Shown here one piece after another: positions 63,646 through 64,000 of a DNA stretch of 64,000 bases. Under the pieces are notes generated by a model. That model ran no database searches. It saw only the letters and a program-made list of their open reading frames with translations, and had not been told where the DNA came from. Location of the stretch: positions 46,748,001 to 46,812,000 of the forward strand of contig NC_043009.1 of the NCBI RefSeq assembly GCF_006345805.1, given 5' to 3'. This DNA is from Octopus sinensis. Lineage: Eukaryota. A program made the translations under genes and the position numbers. How positions within the stretch are numbered: the first letter of the stretch is position 1; every line of letters starts with the position of its first letter.

Positions 63646-64000
63646 TAAAAGAGAGTTTGTATGTGTGTGTGCGCGTATGTTCCATATCCCTTCCAAAACC
63701 GAGTTGCCAATTTTGACGTAAGGAGTATCAAAAAATTCAGTAAGCTTTTGGCTACCAACTAAACTATATTTTCATTCACATATTTGCATTACAAAAAATT
63801 AACACTATCATTTTTCTTTTAGTTACCTAGCGTAAACGACATTTTATATCACCACCCCGATGACGATGACGTTACATTTTCTATATGAGTGTGTTCGCAC
63901 GTTCGTTACCTACGTTAGGCCGATGACTGACAAGTATATGTATGCAACGGTGTATGTATCTGACAGTATACATACAATTTTGTGACGACTGACACTCACA
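63640..64000 (+). mobile_element. Possible 5' end of another non-autonomous Helitron
   Basis: TATATAATTATAAAAGAGAGTTTGTATGTGTG resembles Helitron 5' termini; no TC dinucleotide and no 3' end inside the window. Confidence 0.3.

Noticed and set aside
62664-63721. 350-aa and 266-aa ORFs
   Set aside because: They are translations of a SINE plus (TA)n (YI repeats). The same applies to the many YI, HT and CV ORFs across the window.

Overview
This is AT-rich, microsatellite-dense eukaryotic DNA, most likely octopus (coleoid cephalopod); that assignment is inferred from the SINE families, the repeat landscape and a GC-expanded 18S fragment, not from a database hit. I found no host protein-coding exon I can support, and most long ORFs in the track are microsatellite artefacts. 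The window is a transposon graveyard: three decayed mariner (DD34D) elements, three Penelope-like elements, a CR1-like LINE, RTE, Tx1/L1, R4/Dong and hAT fragments, non-autonomous Helitrons, several MITEs, at least 25 tRNA-derived SINE copies and an orphan 18S rRNA fragment. Best leads: (1) three paralogous pri-miRNA-like hairpins spaced 183-184 bp apart at 43.2-43.7 kb, followed by two long foldbacks; (2) several minimal type-I hammerhead ribozyme motifs in Penelope terminal-repeat sequence, including a complete variant at 17,948-18,000; (3) a SINE/LINE pair sharing a 3' stem-loop with covarying bases; (4) 12 of 14 coding TE remnants on the minus strand. Coordinates of degenerate repeats are approximate to tens of bases, and all folds were done by eye.
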